Shown here in pieces: positions 47,501 to 61,312 of a stretch of DNA of 64,000 nucleotides (position 1 is the first letter of the stretch; every line of letters begins with the position of its first letter). Location: NCBI GenBank assembly GCA_002633005.1, contig NMRA01000414.1:186001-250000 (forward strand). The letters are read 5' to 3'. The notes below the pieces were generated by a model, which did no database searches, was not told where the DNA came from, and was given only the letters and a program-made list of their open reading frames with translations. The translations under genes were made by a program, and so were the position numbers. Source of the DNA: Phoronis australis. Taxonomy: Eukaryota; Animalia; Phoronida.

Positions 47501-50500
47501 TTACACAAGCGCATTGAACGATGCCTTTCCACCCTGCCGCAGATGTATTTAGATGTGTAGTTGACGCTAGAGCAACTTATCAAGTGCAATTCGCTCTTCC
47601 TCTCAAACCGGTGTCAGAAATGACCGCTAGTGTCAATTTGCTACGTCATAGTCGTGTTTACACACGCACTTGCGTCCATCAGCTGCTCTGTGTTAGTTGC
47701 GCCGTGACAGCGGTGAGGGAGACCTCACTCACCTGTCATGTTTTAAACGATTTCCATGAATTACAAAATCTTACGCAAACGAAATGACTGGAATTGATAC
47801 TCTCAAAATTTTCAAAAAATTCAAAGAATGTAGCAAAGGACTTCAATAAGTTATTTTTTTATTTTTATAAATAAGAAACACAAATAGTATCCCTAGTTGA
47901 CCTAGTGAGGTATCAGTATCTTGGAACGTTGTTTATTTGTTTCTGTCAACTTATTTTCTTATCAAATCAAAACACCTCTCAAAGTGATATGTGATCAAGT
48001 GATATGAATGTCCAGCGGTACCAGTTAGAATGTCTCATTCCGTTTTCCCCACAGCGAACTTTTTCTTTTCATTTGCTCGCACCACTCACAACTCTGCTTC
48101 ATAATCTCACCTTCAGGCTAATGATGACTTATAACTGCACAGAACGGTCATCGTCAGGCTATCAGCTTTCTGCAACCTTTTCAATGGCTACATCTCTGTT
48201 CATTCCTGATACAGTAGCAACCAAAGCTTGTTAGTAACTACGGTGATCTTTTTTGTAGTTGTCTCGTAGTAATGACGTAGTCGTGTTCTGCATCAGTGAC
48301 CAAGAGTTTGATTGGAATTTGTTTTTTTTTGTCGTTGTTTGATGGCTTCTGAGATGTGAACCTAGTTATTCAAGTTTGGTTAGAAAACATTCACTTTATG
48401 ACAGCAAATCATCTAAATTCAGCAACAGTAAGCTATGTATCATTTTCTGTTGAGTAATAGTAGACTATTGTTGGGGTCTAAAACTGGTGATTTATGGATC
48501 GTGTTTGTAATAAGTACCAGTGCAGTGGGATAATAAGACTAAGTAGATTAGAAACACTTTGCACATACATTTTAAGGATCACTAATGAAATGAACATGAT
48601 TATTGGATCAATGTAAATATTGATCAATATAAAGTCTCCAGTTTACCTAGTGATTGTCGCGATGACCGATTCTGCTATTCACAAAACGTGTTTCCTCAGC
48701 ATTTAAAAAGTGATCGCCAAAATGGCTTTAATTTTTGCCTCAGTTCAGCTGTTAGAGAATGAGTAGGCTATGGAATCAATATGACTTCTCATTTTATTTC
48801 CTCTGTGAGTTAGGAATTTATATGGTTTTAGATAGAGGTCTTTCAGTTGTTTTTGTCTGCTCGGTGTCTGACGTCACAAAACCTCTAAGTCCGTTTCACA
48901 GAAGTGAACAAATTAATCACGTGTGAAGTGCGTCTTTTAATAATCATTAATGGTAGCTCTTCACTTATTTCGCACGAAAAGGATTGCCAATAATGTTATT
49001 TCCCTGTTTCTGAAAGGCTGATTACGGTTGTGTCTTGTTTGGACGAAAATAATTTGCAAAAATTACCCTTTCCTTCATTTTTCAATGTCTTTTGTAGTTG
49101 TGAATGTCCACAATTTCTCAAGATATTTTTTATGGTAGCTATGGTACAAAAATGGTTAACCATGCACCATATCTTTTATGAAAAAATGAAAAAATAAAAA
49201 TTCACTTGTCCACCATGTTGTGTCTAAACTGAGCAAACTGCATTGTGTTAAATTGCGGACTTTTATTTTGACTTTTAGTGACGCGGGGGAACCACCACGA
49301 TCCTGAGTTGGTGTTGATCAACAAAGCCGGCAAGAGCGTAGAGCGTTACCATGGTGAACTGCGGGCAGGTGACACGGTGGTGGAGTTAGACCCTCCGCTG
49401 CGCGCCACAGATAAGGATGAGGGTGAATCAAGTAAGTCTTGTTTTGTAATTACTACAAAAAAGTTTTTATGTAGAAAACTGATAAAAGTTAAGATAACAT
49501 AGGCTTAATGCTGAAAGTTAATATTTTGTCAGAACTGATTGTGTCCATTGCAATAGTCACTTATGGGGGTCCAGTATTTTGTAAACCAGTTTGATGTTTG
49601 TTTTTCAACACTTGGAGAAAACTGATTCTCAAAATGCTAAACCTCTGTAAGTGACTTATCACCGTGTCCACAATTGTGAAGTAGACAATAAAAAGCTTAG
49701 AATTCTTAAATGGAGGTTTATAAATTCACCGGAATAAACAGTGACATAACTTCAGTAGCCAGGTCAAAGAATCCATAGATTTATGAGATTTCCTTATTCT
49801 GGTTTAAGGTGTGTTTCTTCCCTATACACCTGTGTGCCCCTTTTTCAGAGTACATCTGTGGTTACACAGTCGAACAGACTCACAAGGACAAGGTTCACCA
49901 AGTGACCTTCCCCTTCAAGGTGGAGCTACGTGACCACAAGACGGGAGAGGCGGAGATCGTGCTGGCCCGAGACGTCAAGCTGGACGTAAGGGCCAAGCCC
50001 TTTTACAAGTTCTGGGTGTCTGCTTATGACTGTGGCTCCCCTAGGAGGTATTCAGAGAGGTGGGTACAGTAGTTTTGTTTCCGCTGAGTCAGTTGTTCTT
50101 GCAATAGGTTTATGTACCAACTGAGGTATAATAATCATGTAAGTTTCACTGTTTATACATAATTGTGGCTGTTCCGTGCTATTTTCTTGATTTGGCGACA
50201 TTTTTCTGACCAAGGCTGTCATCTGCTTCAAATCCATCAGGAGAGTTTGCTGCTAAATTATTTTTAGTTACTTACGTGCCCTATCTACGCACATAGCAAC
50301 ACATACGATTGGCGTGAAACCTGATAATGCTCTGCAAATGTCAACCCTGCGAAAAGTTGATTTGCCAATTGTCGATGTGTGTTCTTCCTTTGTGCTCGCG
50401 CAATAATGTAGAATTCTGACACTGGTCGTATCAATAAACCTGCTAACCGAGGTTTTTCTTGTGTCAGTGACATGCTGCTGAAATTCCCATGGCTCCAATG

Positions 50501-53500
50501 GTTGTTGTTTTAATTAGTCTTACCATGGTTGTCACAGGGATTGTTTTCGCACCACCTGCACCTTTGGGAGTATAGTGTGCCTAATGCTGATGTCAGTGGA
50601 GGTGAACTATTAGTGTGCATTGCCTTTTTTGATTACTAAGTTTATCGTCACCCTTATCTGATGAATTATGTAGGGTTCTAACTACGTTAAAATTATCTAC
50701 TGTGGAACCCGTTTTGCTTTGTTTTCTCAAACCTCTATAGCATTTATCTGGAGGATGTACTTTATATTAGTACATGTTTTTCGATCTCAAACAGTATTTT
50801 TCTGAAGACTCAGATACATATAGCACTTCTTTATTTAGTGGCAAGACAGGTGAATTAAACTATGCCCAGTTCCAACTATTATTAAAATCTCTTGGTCTAT
50901 TTACACTGACCTCTTGTCTATTTACAGAGGTCGGTGTAAAGAGACCAAGAAATTTTAATAATTGTTGTAACACGCCATCACCTCAGAGCGGTTTTAGAAA
51001 GTCATTATGCCCAGTTCAGCTGGCTTATCAATCCACAGCCTAACAAATAGTCTAGTCATTTTCGTCTATTGATTTTTGTTAATGGATATATAAGTTTCAT
51101 ACCTGCCCAAGTTTCCCCTGTGCTGGCATGTTGTCAGCCATTAATTGAACGAGGGTCATCAGTTTCTGTACTTGATGTGTCACGGTGTTTTGACACAAGT
51201 TCACTGTGCGGGGGTTATCCTTTAGAACATTGTCACTGGCAGCGGAACGCATTTTTTGTCAGCTCGGAAGTAAGGTTTAACCCTTTGTGTAACGTTGAAC
51301 AGTTTGATGTATGGTGGGAGTGTATGAAAGCTGTCTTTGTTGTTTAAGTTTCCTGGTATTTCAGTTTCATGTCGTTTCGGGAAAATGTAGGCATTTCTTG
51401 GATCAAGTTCATGCTTGAGAAATTACGTCATTTTGTGTACATCAAAGGGTTTTAGTTTGAGGCATTTTGTCATATAATTACTATGTTCAACAAGTCCAGG
51501 AAAAAAGTGTGACCATATACTTTTAACTTTGAACAAACTGAGGAGTGGCAGGTTGATAGTTTTTCTGGCTTCACTGGAAATATTCACAAACGTGCCTAAA
51601 CCAGTTCTACGAACATGAACCTTCGTTCAGAAAAGTTTCGAAATCTAGCCCTGTTCGAGGCACAAGTATAATTTTCTAAGATAAATCTTAGAAATCTCTT
51701 GAAAGGTTTCAAAAATGACTAGTGTCTGTCAGTAAAGGCTTTATGACAAGCAGAACCCATTTGATTTAGCACAATATGTTTTATGGTGTACTTTTCACTG
51801 GTACCCCTTGTCCATTTTCTGAACGTACACATATAGACAAACAAATGCCAATTTCTCCAATATTCATCTTGGAGCCCCCTATCAGAAATTCCTGGTGTAG
51901 TTCTACATTTTGCTGTAGAGAATAGTTCGTCTTTCATCCAGCTGCATACAGCTGTTCTCGCTTTTTTCAGTGCTCATGTGCGTGTCAACATTGTGGAAGG
52001 TGTCCAGCACCCGCCTGTGTTTGAGCAACAGTCGTACACTGTGAGCGTACAGGAGGGACAGGTTTTTGACAAGATCCTGCAAGTGAAGGCACGCGACCAA
52101 GATCTGTCACCTCGAGACCACGACATCTGTCGCTACAAGATCCTGACACGTGACGTGCCATTTGTGGTGGACGAAGAAGGTAGGTCGAAACATGTACCAA
52201 TTGAAAGTAGTTTTGGTGATTCAAATGATGTTGAAACTTTTAGTGTTTGTTGCATGCCATAGTTTGCTTTTCTTCTTTAATACACTTTTGTATTGGAGTG
52301 TTGGGCGATTAGTTTGCTACGGTTAGTAGAATCCAATATGATTCTGTTGCTTTGTTTCGATATTCTTCCGTCATCTTCATTAAAGATTCATCGTAAAATG
52401 TATTTTTACACCTCTTTGTTGACCAGGCTGATCATTGTCAACATCATGCACTTTTTGGTTTGTGTTTGAATACTGATTTTAAATATCATGTGAAGGTCAC
52501 CTGTCTTGTTATTTAGAGTTGCCTGTCAGCAAGCATTGTGGTGAGGCCAGTAGGCACAAAGTCCACCTACTGATAACCTCTTGCTCCTCTATCTTGTGAT
52601 CAGCTGGCATTATGTCAACAAAACCCCCTCTCAAAGCTGGGTTGATAATACTGTTATCTTCATCATAGCCAAATCACTGTCAAGAATGCTTTGCTCTGTT
52701 ATTTAAAACTATTTGTAAATGCGCAGCACATCCCCAGCAGAAGTGAAGTAGCAGTTTTTTCGTTTATATCAATTTTCCATCATAGTAGCTTGTCATATCT
52801 AGTTGTGTTCATCGGGCTTGTCACTTGATCAGCGTCTCTCTCACGATCCAGCTGCCTGTTTTGAATACCACTATTCTTTGTGTCCTTTATTGTCACAATT
52901 GTGACTTTGTGGTATTTGAAAGCTGGCTGTTTTCCCAGCGACCTTTGAAATTGCACACTAGTTGGAGTCTGTCCCCATACCCATGTAAATGAATTGGGTG
53001 GAATAGCCATTCTGTGCGAGTTCAAAGTTCATTTGACAGGCTCAGGTGTTCCCTTGGGATGTTTCTAGCAAAACAGTGCCACACTAGAAGTAACAATCAT
53101 GATTAATTGTACGTCGTTGCCCTGTGGGAGGTCCAGTTAATATATATTTTATTACTGCGGGTGTTGTTGAGGAATGTGAGAGCTCTGTTCACCTGGAAAA
53201 TGTTAGAAATTGTTATGCATGTTGCAGGGCTACCTGTGATGTTAGGTCTGTCCGTGGGCAACTATGCGTTGCTTGTTTAAGAATAAACGCAACACTAGCC
53301 CACAGTTTTATCTGTGTTGCTTTGATCATATTCAACTTTAGTGTTCTCTTATTGCTTCAGCTGATAAGAACGCGATTTTTCCTCAATTCAAAAGAGGAGT
53401 CGAGCTTTGCAGCTGGTAAACGTATTCTCAAAATTGATGCTAGTGAGAAAGGAACTAGAGTTTTTTTTATCTTACTTATAGATTGCTCGAGATTGCGCAA

Positions 53501-56500
53501 TATACCTTCTCGTTAAGTAAAGAATTTTCTTGGTTGGTTAGCTAGGACCTTGAGAGAGGTTTACTGCTGCTGTTGGTATTGACGGTTCCATTGCATTTGC
53601 CAGTCTGTTCGGTTCTGTTTCATGCAGCTTTCCTACACAGCACGATGACGCATTGATTGCTGACCATGATCAATTATTGGCGCGCTGAGTAATTAGTGGA
53701 TGGCGATCAAAGGGCATTCTTTGATCGTGTGAGCGCGCTGGTTGTTCATCAGTGATGGCTGCCGACAAGTCTGCTATGTGGCTGATATATAGTTCAGGAA
53801 AACACTTGTCTGTCTGGATACAAAATTAGAAAGTAGTGGGAATACGTGTAGACATTTTCTGCGTCACGCTTCGATTCCAAAAACATGTAGCTTAACATAG
53901 TTGCTCTACCATCATTTTCAAGAAGAAATTCACCTGCTTGATTGGCATTTTGAGATAAGCTGTCAATCCAGACATACTATCTTGGAGAGAATTGATAACA
54001 CAAGTACATGTTGTGTTTATCTGTGTGATTTCTTACACCTTGTTAACGATTCTGCGTGTAAAAGTTACGCGAAATTGACTTTTCACAGCATCACCTGCTG
54101 GTCTATTACCAAATACCTCTACGCCTCTCCCTGTTCTGTTACATAATGTTACTATCCGTTGGGCAATCAGTGCTGTTCAATTCCTGCACTGTTCGAGTGC
54201 TGCCTTCTGCATTTATTGATCACGCACTTTTATCACAGCATATCCCCAGTGTATTGACCCGACTCTGTTTTTATACCGACTTCACCATAGATGATCACTT
54301 GAACTGCAGTGAGTGGAAGGGTATCTCTTGCTATACCGAGAATCAATACTGAAGTCGGTGTTGTAGAAAACGTGCTCTCTGATTTGTCGGTCCTATTCAT
54401 AGTAGGCGCATAATCTCTGTTTTGAACTGATGTTGGGTCTTTCCCTCCGCTTAGAATCAATTGAGTGGCGGGCTTAGAAAGCTTGTCTCCCTGTTGTTCT
54501 TTCTATTTCCTCTTGTCGGATGATGTTTAAATGTTTCTTTTGTTGCGCACTGTTTGAGCGTGTATGCTGCTAATCCTGGCCTTCCGTTTGTGCTGAATTT
54601 TCTCTTGGAGATTTTTAATCCATTTTTAATGAAAACAGGATGCTCGCTTTTAAGTTTTCTTTTCTAAGAGGTAGCCTCTTGATGTTAACCAATTACAAAA
54701 TAAATTGTCAATTATGTTATTGAATGAACTTTGGTTGACACTGTGTTTAATGCTTTTCCAAATTCGGATGAATGCCAGATATCACTATTAAGGCTGTAGC
54801 ATTTTGCCTTACGCTCCTGACGAAGGTCGCATTGCTCAGTACATTTTGTTTTTAATTCAAGTGTATTGTCTACATTCGTCTTGTTATCTTTTCTATCTGG
54901 CGTTATGTTGTCAACTTGTGTGCAACTGCGATTATTTCCAAGGTGGCAGTTTATTTTGGTTTAGCAGTAATATAACCTTGGCATTCATGCCTGCGTCTAA
55001 TTGAAGTTGATGTTAAGTGGTTATACTACACGCAAAACCACTAACAAGGAATCAAAATCCTCTTTCCANTTCTAAGAGGTAGCCTCTTGATGTTAACCAA
55101 TTACAAAATAAATTGTCAATTATGTTATTGAATGAACTTTGATTGACACTGTGTTTAATGCTTTTCCAAATTCGGATGAATGCCCGATATCACTATTAAG
55201 GCTGTAGCATTTTGCCTTACGCTCCTGACGAAGGTCGCATTGCTCAGTACATTTTGTTTTTAATTCAAGTGTATTGTCTACATTCGTCTTGTTATCTTTT
55301 CTATCTGGCGTTATGTTGTCAACTTGTGTGCAACTGCGATTATTTCCAAGGTGGCAGTTTATTTTGGTTTAGCAGTAATATAACCTTGGCATTCATGCCT
55401 GCGTCTAATTGAAGTTGATGTTAAGTGGTTATACTACACGCAAAACCACTAACAAGGAATCAAAATCCTCTTTCCATATTGATGCGTACACGGTCAGGCG
55501 AATGCCAGACAATCACCCGGTGTTGCTGTTTCTCCTTCAGGCAATGTCAAGAACACAGAGAAGCTGGCGTATACCCGCCAAAAGATGTACAAACTGTCAG
55601 TGGTTGCCCAGGACTGCTCTGGGAAGGTCTCCAAGCCAATCAGCCTCACCATCAAGGTGATGCCTAGTTGTCAGCCAGGCTGGAATGGTAAGGACCTCTA
55701 TTGGTTGCCTACAACATCTCTCTGTGTGTGTGTCTGTCTATTGAGTGATCCTGTAGTTACAAAAGACTAGACTTTATATTGATTGTATGCGAAGATTTGC
55801 TCTGTTCATGTATAAAATTATGGTTTAAATGATTTTTTATTATAAGAAAAAAATGTTGTTCTCTAAATATCCACAACAGCAATGTAGAACTTTCACAATT
55901 TTCTGACAAGTTTCTTTGTACAAAGTAGAGACGTCATTGAATTTCTAAATGCCTGCCATGGTGGTTTTTTATTGGTTGCATGCCTCCCCATACAGTGTTA
56001 GTTATCCATAAATTGCACCAAAACATTGCCCGACTCGACGCCATCCAGGATTACTCACTACAACGTACCCTTTCTTTTGAAGGTATTGACGAACGGCTAG
56101 AGTACACGCCCAACTCTGGCATCTACAAAATGTTCCGTCCTGCCAAGTTGGAGACGTGTCAGGCTGTGTGCAAGGTGGAGAAGATACAGACTAAAGTCAG
56201 TCTGCAGACGAGTCACATTGGCAAGAACTGTGACCGCGACACCTACTCCACGGAGACACTAAGGAAGAGATGTGGTAAGCCCTTGTGCGAATCATTAACC
56301 GTTATATTTAGGCACAACATTTCCATAGATATTTTGAACTTCATCTGTCAGTGAAATTGTATTATCTTGGAATCGTATTTGTTTAAGTTTGTATTCAAGT
56401 ATGTGGCCATTGCTGCAAAAAACATATTATCTTGCCTGTCGACGGGTCTTCAAGTCTCTTGCTTCTGTCCTGACAAAAATGTTTTGTTAATGTGTTCAGT

Positions 56501-59500
56501 GGTCCACCATGCCTGAGTTGGTCTTAGGATTTTACTCACGTTGGCTGATAAGTTGGTTTGATGTAGTAATATTGCCGTGTTTCTAGTGGCACTCAAAGTT
56601 TTGTTGTCATACAGCAGATTATTATGAATATTTTTTGCCGTTTTCATTAAGAATTCCACTAGCTCCGTTGTTCTCTTGGACAATGGCCATTACTAGTAAC
56701 CATTGGCTAGTTTAGAATACACTGAAACTGTCCCTTTCGTTTGTATTCATAAATGTTCCTGCCTCTAGGTGCCACCAAACATAGTTACGACTTGCTGCCG
56801 TCACCTGACAAACCCTCATCGTGGACAAAGAACGTCCCGACTGATGATGGAAAGATGAGTGACCAAATCTTTGCCTTTGATGGCAAGACTACTGCAGTGG
56901 TTGTTGATGAGAAGCGGGTGAACCACACGCTGGGCCAGCACTTCACTCTGACCACGTGGATGAAACACGAGCAGGATGTAAACGACGACAGCCAGCATGG
57001 CAAGAAGGAGCAGATACTGTGCAGCTCTGACGCCGACAGTGAGTAGTAGTTATGTTAATGCAGGAGTGGCCGCGATTATGTGGGAGTGGCCGCGATTATG
57101 TGGGAGTGGTTACGATAATGTGGGAGTGGTCGCGATCATGTCGGAGTGGTCTCGATAATGTGGGGGAGTGGTCGCGATAATGTGGGAGTGGTCGCAATTA
57201 TGTGGGAGTGGCCGCGATTATGTGGGAGTGGTCGCGATTATGTGGGAGTGGCCATGGTTGTGTAGGAGTGGTGGCAATAATGTGGGAACGGTGCACCTCA
57301 CTATAGCGGTTGAGCACTATACTGAGATGGACTTGTATACACTTGGTGGACACAGCTTTAGGACTATTGATCACCTGGAGGTGTGTTGGGATATTAGGGT
57401 ACTTGTAATCAGCTGATAGGTTTGGCACCGTGATGTTATCGGAAGTGGGAAAATGTTGGATCGGTGGCATGGATTATGACAAAGAATTACAATTCTATTG
57501 ACTTTCCTGCTAGCGTGCTGGTGAGTCAATTATTTTGTCTAGTGCTATGCTGGAGTCAGTTAAAGATTTTGATCAGTTTTTATCAGTCTTGTATTTCGCG
57601 GAATAAGCTAAAATAATAAGTTAGTATCTGAATTAGTTATATAATAATTTGATAAGCTTTATCAATGAGTGGCAGGTTAGTTAATGGAAGGTAAAAGAGT
57701 TGATCAATTTGAACAATTGACATTGCGTTAGCACACACACTTGACGATATCCTACTCCCCTTACAGCCATGAACCGTCACCACTACTCCTGGTTCGTCCA
57801 CAACTGTCGCCTCGTCTTGCTGGTGCGTCAGGAGCCGGGCGCCATTGACCCTGAAACGTACAAACACGCTGAGTGGCGCTGGAAGCTGGCGCAGGTGTGC
57901 GACGGGCGGTGGCATCACTACGCCATCAGCTTCGACTTTCCCAAGGTGGGTTTCCAACTTCTTTTCTCGTTTTCTCTCTACTTGATACGTACGGGCAGCT
58001 CTGTGGTGGCGCTTTCCTGTGTCAGTTGACTAATATGTGTAGCAGTCACTATCGATGCTGAATCATGAATTAACGCTAGGTTTCTAACTGTGTTTCCGTA
58101 GCCAACATTCTGTGCCTATGCCATTATTGCGTTTTTTCCCGCTTTGGTGATGCCTATGTGGTGCTGTTTTCAGGTGAGGCTGTACATAGACGGTGTGAAG
58201 TATGATGACAAGGCTAACAACCCAGAGATACTGGATGACTGGGCATTACACAAGTCCAGGAAGGTTCACGGTACCAAGCTTGTAGTTGGTGCTTGCTGGT
58301 TAGGTAAGCAGAGTTTTACTGCATTGATTTGTAATGTATATTTCAACTTTTAAGGAATATCGTAGATCAGAGGGTATTGACTTTAGACATATTTCGTAGA
58401 AAGTTTTGTTTGTATGAAATCTGTTAACAAAATGTGTTATGCCTGCTTTCCATAATTCTACCTCCTGGTTGTTCCAACTTTAACATGTAAACATGTTCTC
58501 TCATTCTTCTCAGGTGGCACTAGTAAGATGAATCAGCATTTCCAAGGTTACTTGGCGGGCACAAGCCTTCTTAAGGGGTCGACTGAGGATGATAGGGTTC
58601 TCAAGTGTCTCAACAGGTGTCAGGAGCAGCTAGACTTGACACACGCAATGTCTCTGATGCACAGTGGAATGGTAAGATGGTGCCACCTATTGGTTTCACA
58701 CTAAGGATTCTCATCTAATCGCAGTGTATTCGTTCTACTACACTGTTGGTGATGTGTAAATGATCTTAAACTGAATGTACTCTCCCCACTGCTCTTTCAC
58801 AATTAACATTGCTTCTATGATCCGTTAGTGAGAGGTTAAACATACATAGATGCTTGTCTTGTTAATTTTCTTCTTTGTTTGTCTTGACACTTGTTGAATA
58901 TTCACCTGTCTTTCTTTGACATTCTGCTCTTGTCCAAGTGAATATTCGTGTTTACCTAAACCCCTCTGAAGAATTTTCAACAGCGTCTCTATTAAAGGTC
59001 CGTGTTCTTCTGTCTTCGGGCTCAATATCCACCTGTGAATTTTTCTCACTGTAAACATTTACCTGGACGAGCATGGTAATGTGTTACGTCTTGAATAGTA
59101 TGAATATTTTGAGTGAACGCTTACCGTGGGTTCATCCTCTTTCAGACGGCTGCATTCAACAGTGAAATGACCGAGATCACCATCTCCGGTGTAAACGCGA
59201 AGGAAGTGACTAGCCTGGTGAGAGAGATCGGTTACGTCAACACTCGTCTTAACCCGACCCCTGGTCGTCGTAACATCAACATACAGACTCAGTTCAAGTG
59301 AGTTGTTATGACTTAACTTTGAGTACATCTTTCGTTTTAGGCAATTAAAGTTCTAAAATATTGGTCTTAATGCAAGATGTGTTTTCATTGATCCAAAGAG
59401 TTGCCACTTCAAACTATGATGAGCTTTCATGTGGTTTAACCTGCCAAAAATACCGGGTATAAGTTCCTTCCCGAAAACAGTAAAATTGACGAAGGCTGGA

Positions 59501-60526
59501 CTTGTGAATTCAGACAAAGTGAAATCAAAAAGCGAGTCAGTGGAGCAGATGTGTGTCCCAACATAATAGCCACACTTGTTGTATGCCTGGGATGTGACTG
59601 TGCAGTCTCATTCTAACTATGGAGACTAGCGCATATTGAGGGAATCTGAATTATGATTGTCTTAATATGTTTGACAGTGTAGTGGAAGTAATGATATGTA
59701 ACATATACAACACGTGACTGTGAGAATCACTCCACTGCTTCTTCCTAATCCAGGTGTGCTGGGGATGATGTACTGAAGGTATCCGATGTATCAAGTTACA
59801 TCATGGTGCTGCAGTCCAGTGAACCGGTCATCACCGTCACCGGTGTGCCAACACTGACCGTGGACCAGCTGCAGGTGGAGGAGGGCGTGGTCATCTTCCC
59901 AGACGTCAGCATTGTGGCGCAGGTGAAGGCCTCAGAGCAGGACGCGGAGCAGGAGACAGGTAGACGTCTTCTTCTTGTACTGTGGTTCTTCATGGCGGGA
60001 TGGTCTGAAAAGGAATGATGGCGCAGAAAAGCTTTTGTCATAGAGATATTGTTTATCATAAAATTATTAAAAATGAGAAGGAAATTTTAATCCTTTGGTA
60101 TTATATTTTGAATAGTGCTGCTGCCATGAACTGAGATGTTGGGAAATTTTAACATTTTTAGCGAACTGGTTTCGGAAAATGGATCAAAGGCTGGAAAATT
60201 ATCTGTTGTTTGATTGCCATTGATAAGGATTTTAATTTTCTTCCATTTGAGTACTAGACAATGGAAGTTACAGACATCTACAGGAACATTTTAAAAGCAC
60301 GTTAAACTATCATTTGATGAATTATGAGGCTAGTTCTAACTGCCCATTGGGTAATTGTATGTTACAGTCCCCAACAAGCCACACAAGCTGTTGTCAGGCT
60401 TGGATGAATGTGTTGTGAAAGTGAGCCCAGCCTTGCAGGAGTACGAGGACTTAATTGTGCCCAGTAACCTTGCCAAACAGTTGGGATTGGACGTGGATAA
60501 GAGCAAGGATGGAGTGACAGTGAATG
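41576..60526 (+). CDS. CLSTN: Calsyntenin (cadherin-related, LamG/LNS domain), 5' portion; continues beyond the gap/window
   Basis: Phase-consistent exons: 41576-41657 (signal peptide), 49279-49431, 49849-50059, 51971-52179, 55541-55687, 56083-56274, 56769-57038, 57767-57945, 58174-58303, 58514-58671, 59146-59297, 59754-59959, 60368-60526. Calsyntenin-typical motifs: YHGE...LDPPLRATDKD, ICGY, AYDCG, PVFEQQSY, AQDC, CQPGW, TSHIGKNCDRDTYS, TWMKH, KEQILCSSD, MNRHHYSWFVHNCRLVLL, VCDGRWHHY, LVVGACW, PTPGRR. Confidence 0.93.
57061..57288. repeat. G-rich minisatellite, 20-bp unit TGTGGGAGTGGYCGCGATTA
   Basis: About 11 tandem copies starting about 22 nt after the calsyntenin exon donor at 57038. Confidence 0.92.
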
Positions 60527-60911
60527 GTGAGTACAACTGGGTTGGGCTTATTGAAGGGAGCCGCTGGTTGTTGAGTACGATAAAGATTATGCTGTGTAGC
60601 ACATGGTGCTTTGTTTTTTCTCATCAAAAGTAATATAAGGTTAAGAAAATATAAATGTGTTGTTTGTGTTATACAGCACCATTTTTGTTAGAGTTGTGCA
60701 TTCGAAGCAATGTAGTGCTTTTGAAGTATGGGAATAGGCTATTTGTGCCAGAATTTGGTGTGATTAAAATTTTCTGTGCACTATTTGAATATGGCATTCA
60801 AATGGTCTCTAGGTCTGCTTTTTCATACTGTACCCTCCCTGCGTTTTGTCATTGCAGTTGGTCGGGTAAAATATGTTGCTGTTGTTTACCAGCAGTTCTC
60901 TAACTTCTTGG

Positions 60912-61050
60912 GGGCTGTTCCAGCAAAATCTGTGTGGGGGGGAGGAGGAAGGCAACTGAAATAAAAAATTATGGGTGGTTGCGTTTGATTTAAATTCAAA
61001 ATGCCTGGTGGTCGTACTTCAAAAAAATAAAAATTTACAGGTCGTTGTTG
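60912..61050. mobile_element. Terminus of a second copy of the Harbinger-like element, possibly extending into the gap
   Basis: gggctgttccagcaaaatctgtgtgggggggaggaggaaggcaactgaaataaaaaattatgggtggt matches the reverse complement of 32470-32538. Confidence 0.75.
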
Positions 61051-61312
61051 TTTCACTGGGCCATAAATGTTAGATTGTGGGTAATTTTAGTAAATTTTAT
61101 AAACAATCCGCACAGAATCAAAAACTGAAACAAAAATGCAACTTGCAAAAAGCTCTGACTTTTTCACTCCCTCCGATCTCCTCATCAACATGCCCATAAC
61201 ACCATTTAACCACAGGTGCTCGAATTTCTCGATGGCTAATAACCATATATAAGAAACATATGTTTTCTTAGTAATGAATGACGTTAGTGGTGATGGAGGA
61301 ACAGATAAACTC

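Noticed and set aside
54662-55476. Near-identical ~407-bp tandem duplication giving twin 66-aa ORFs
   Set aside because: A single N at 55069 lies between the copies; same artefact. The ORFs are intronic and have no recognisable motif.
57061-57288. Repeat array resembling CRISPR
   Set aside because: Head-to-tail units without unique spacers, eukaryotic intron context, no cas genes.
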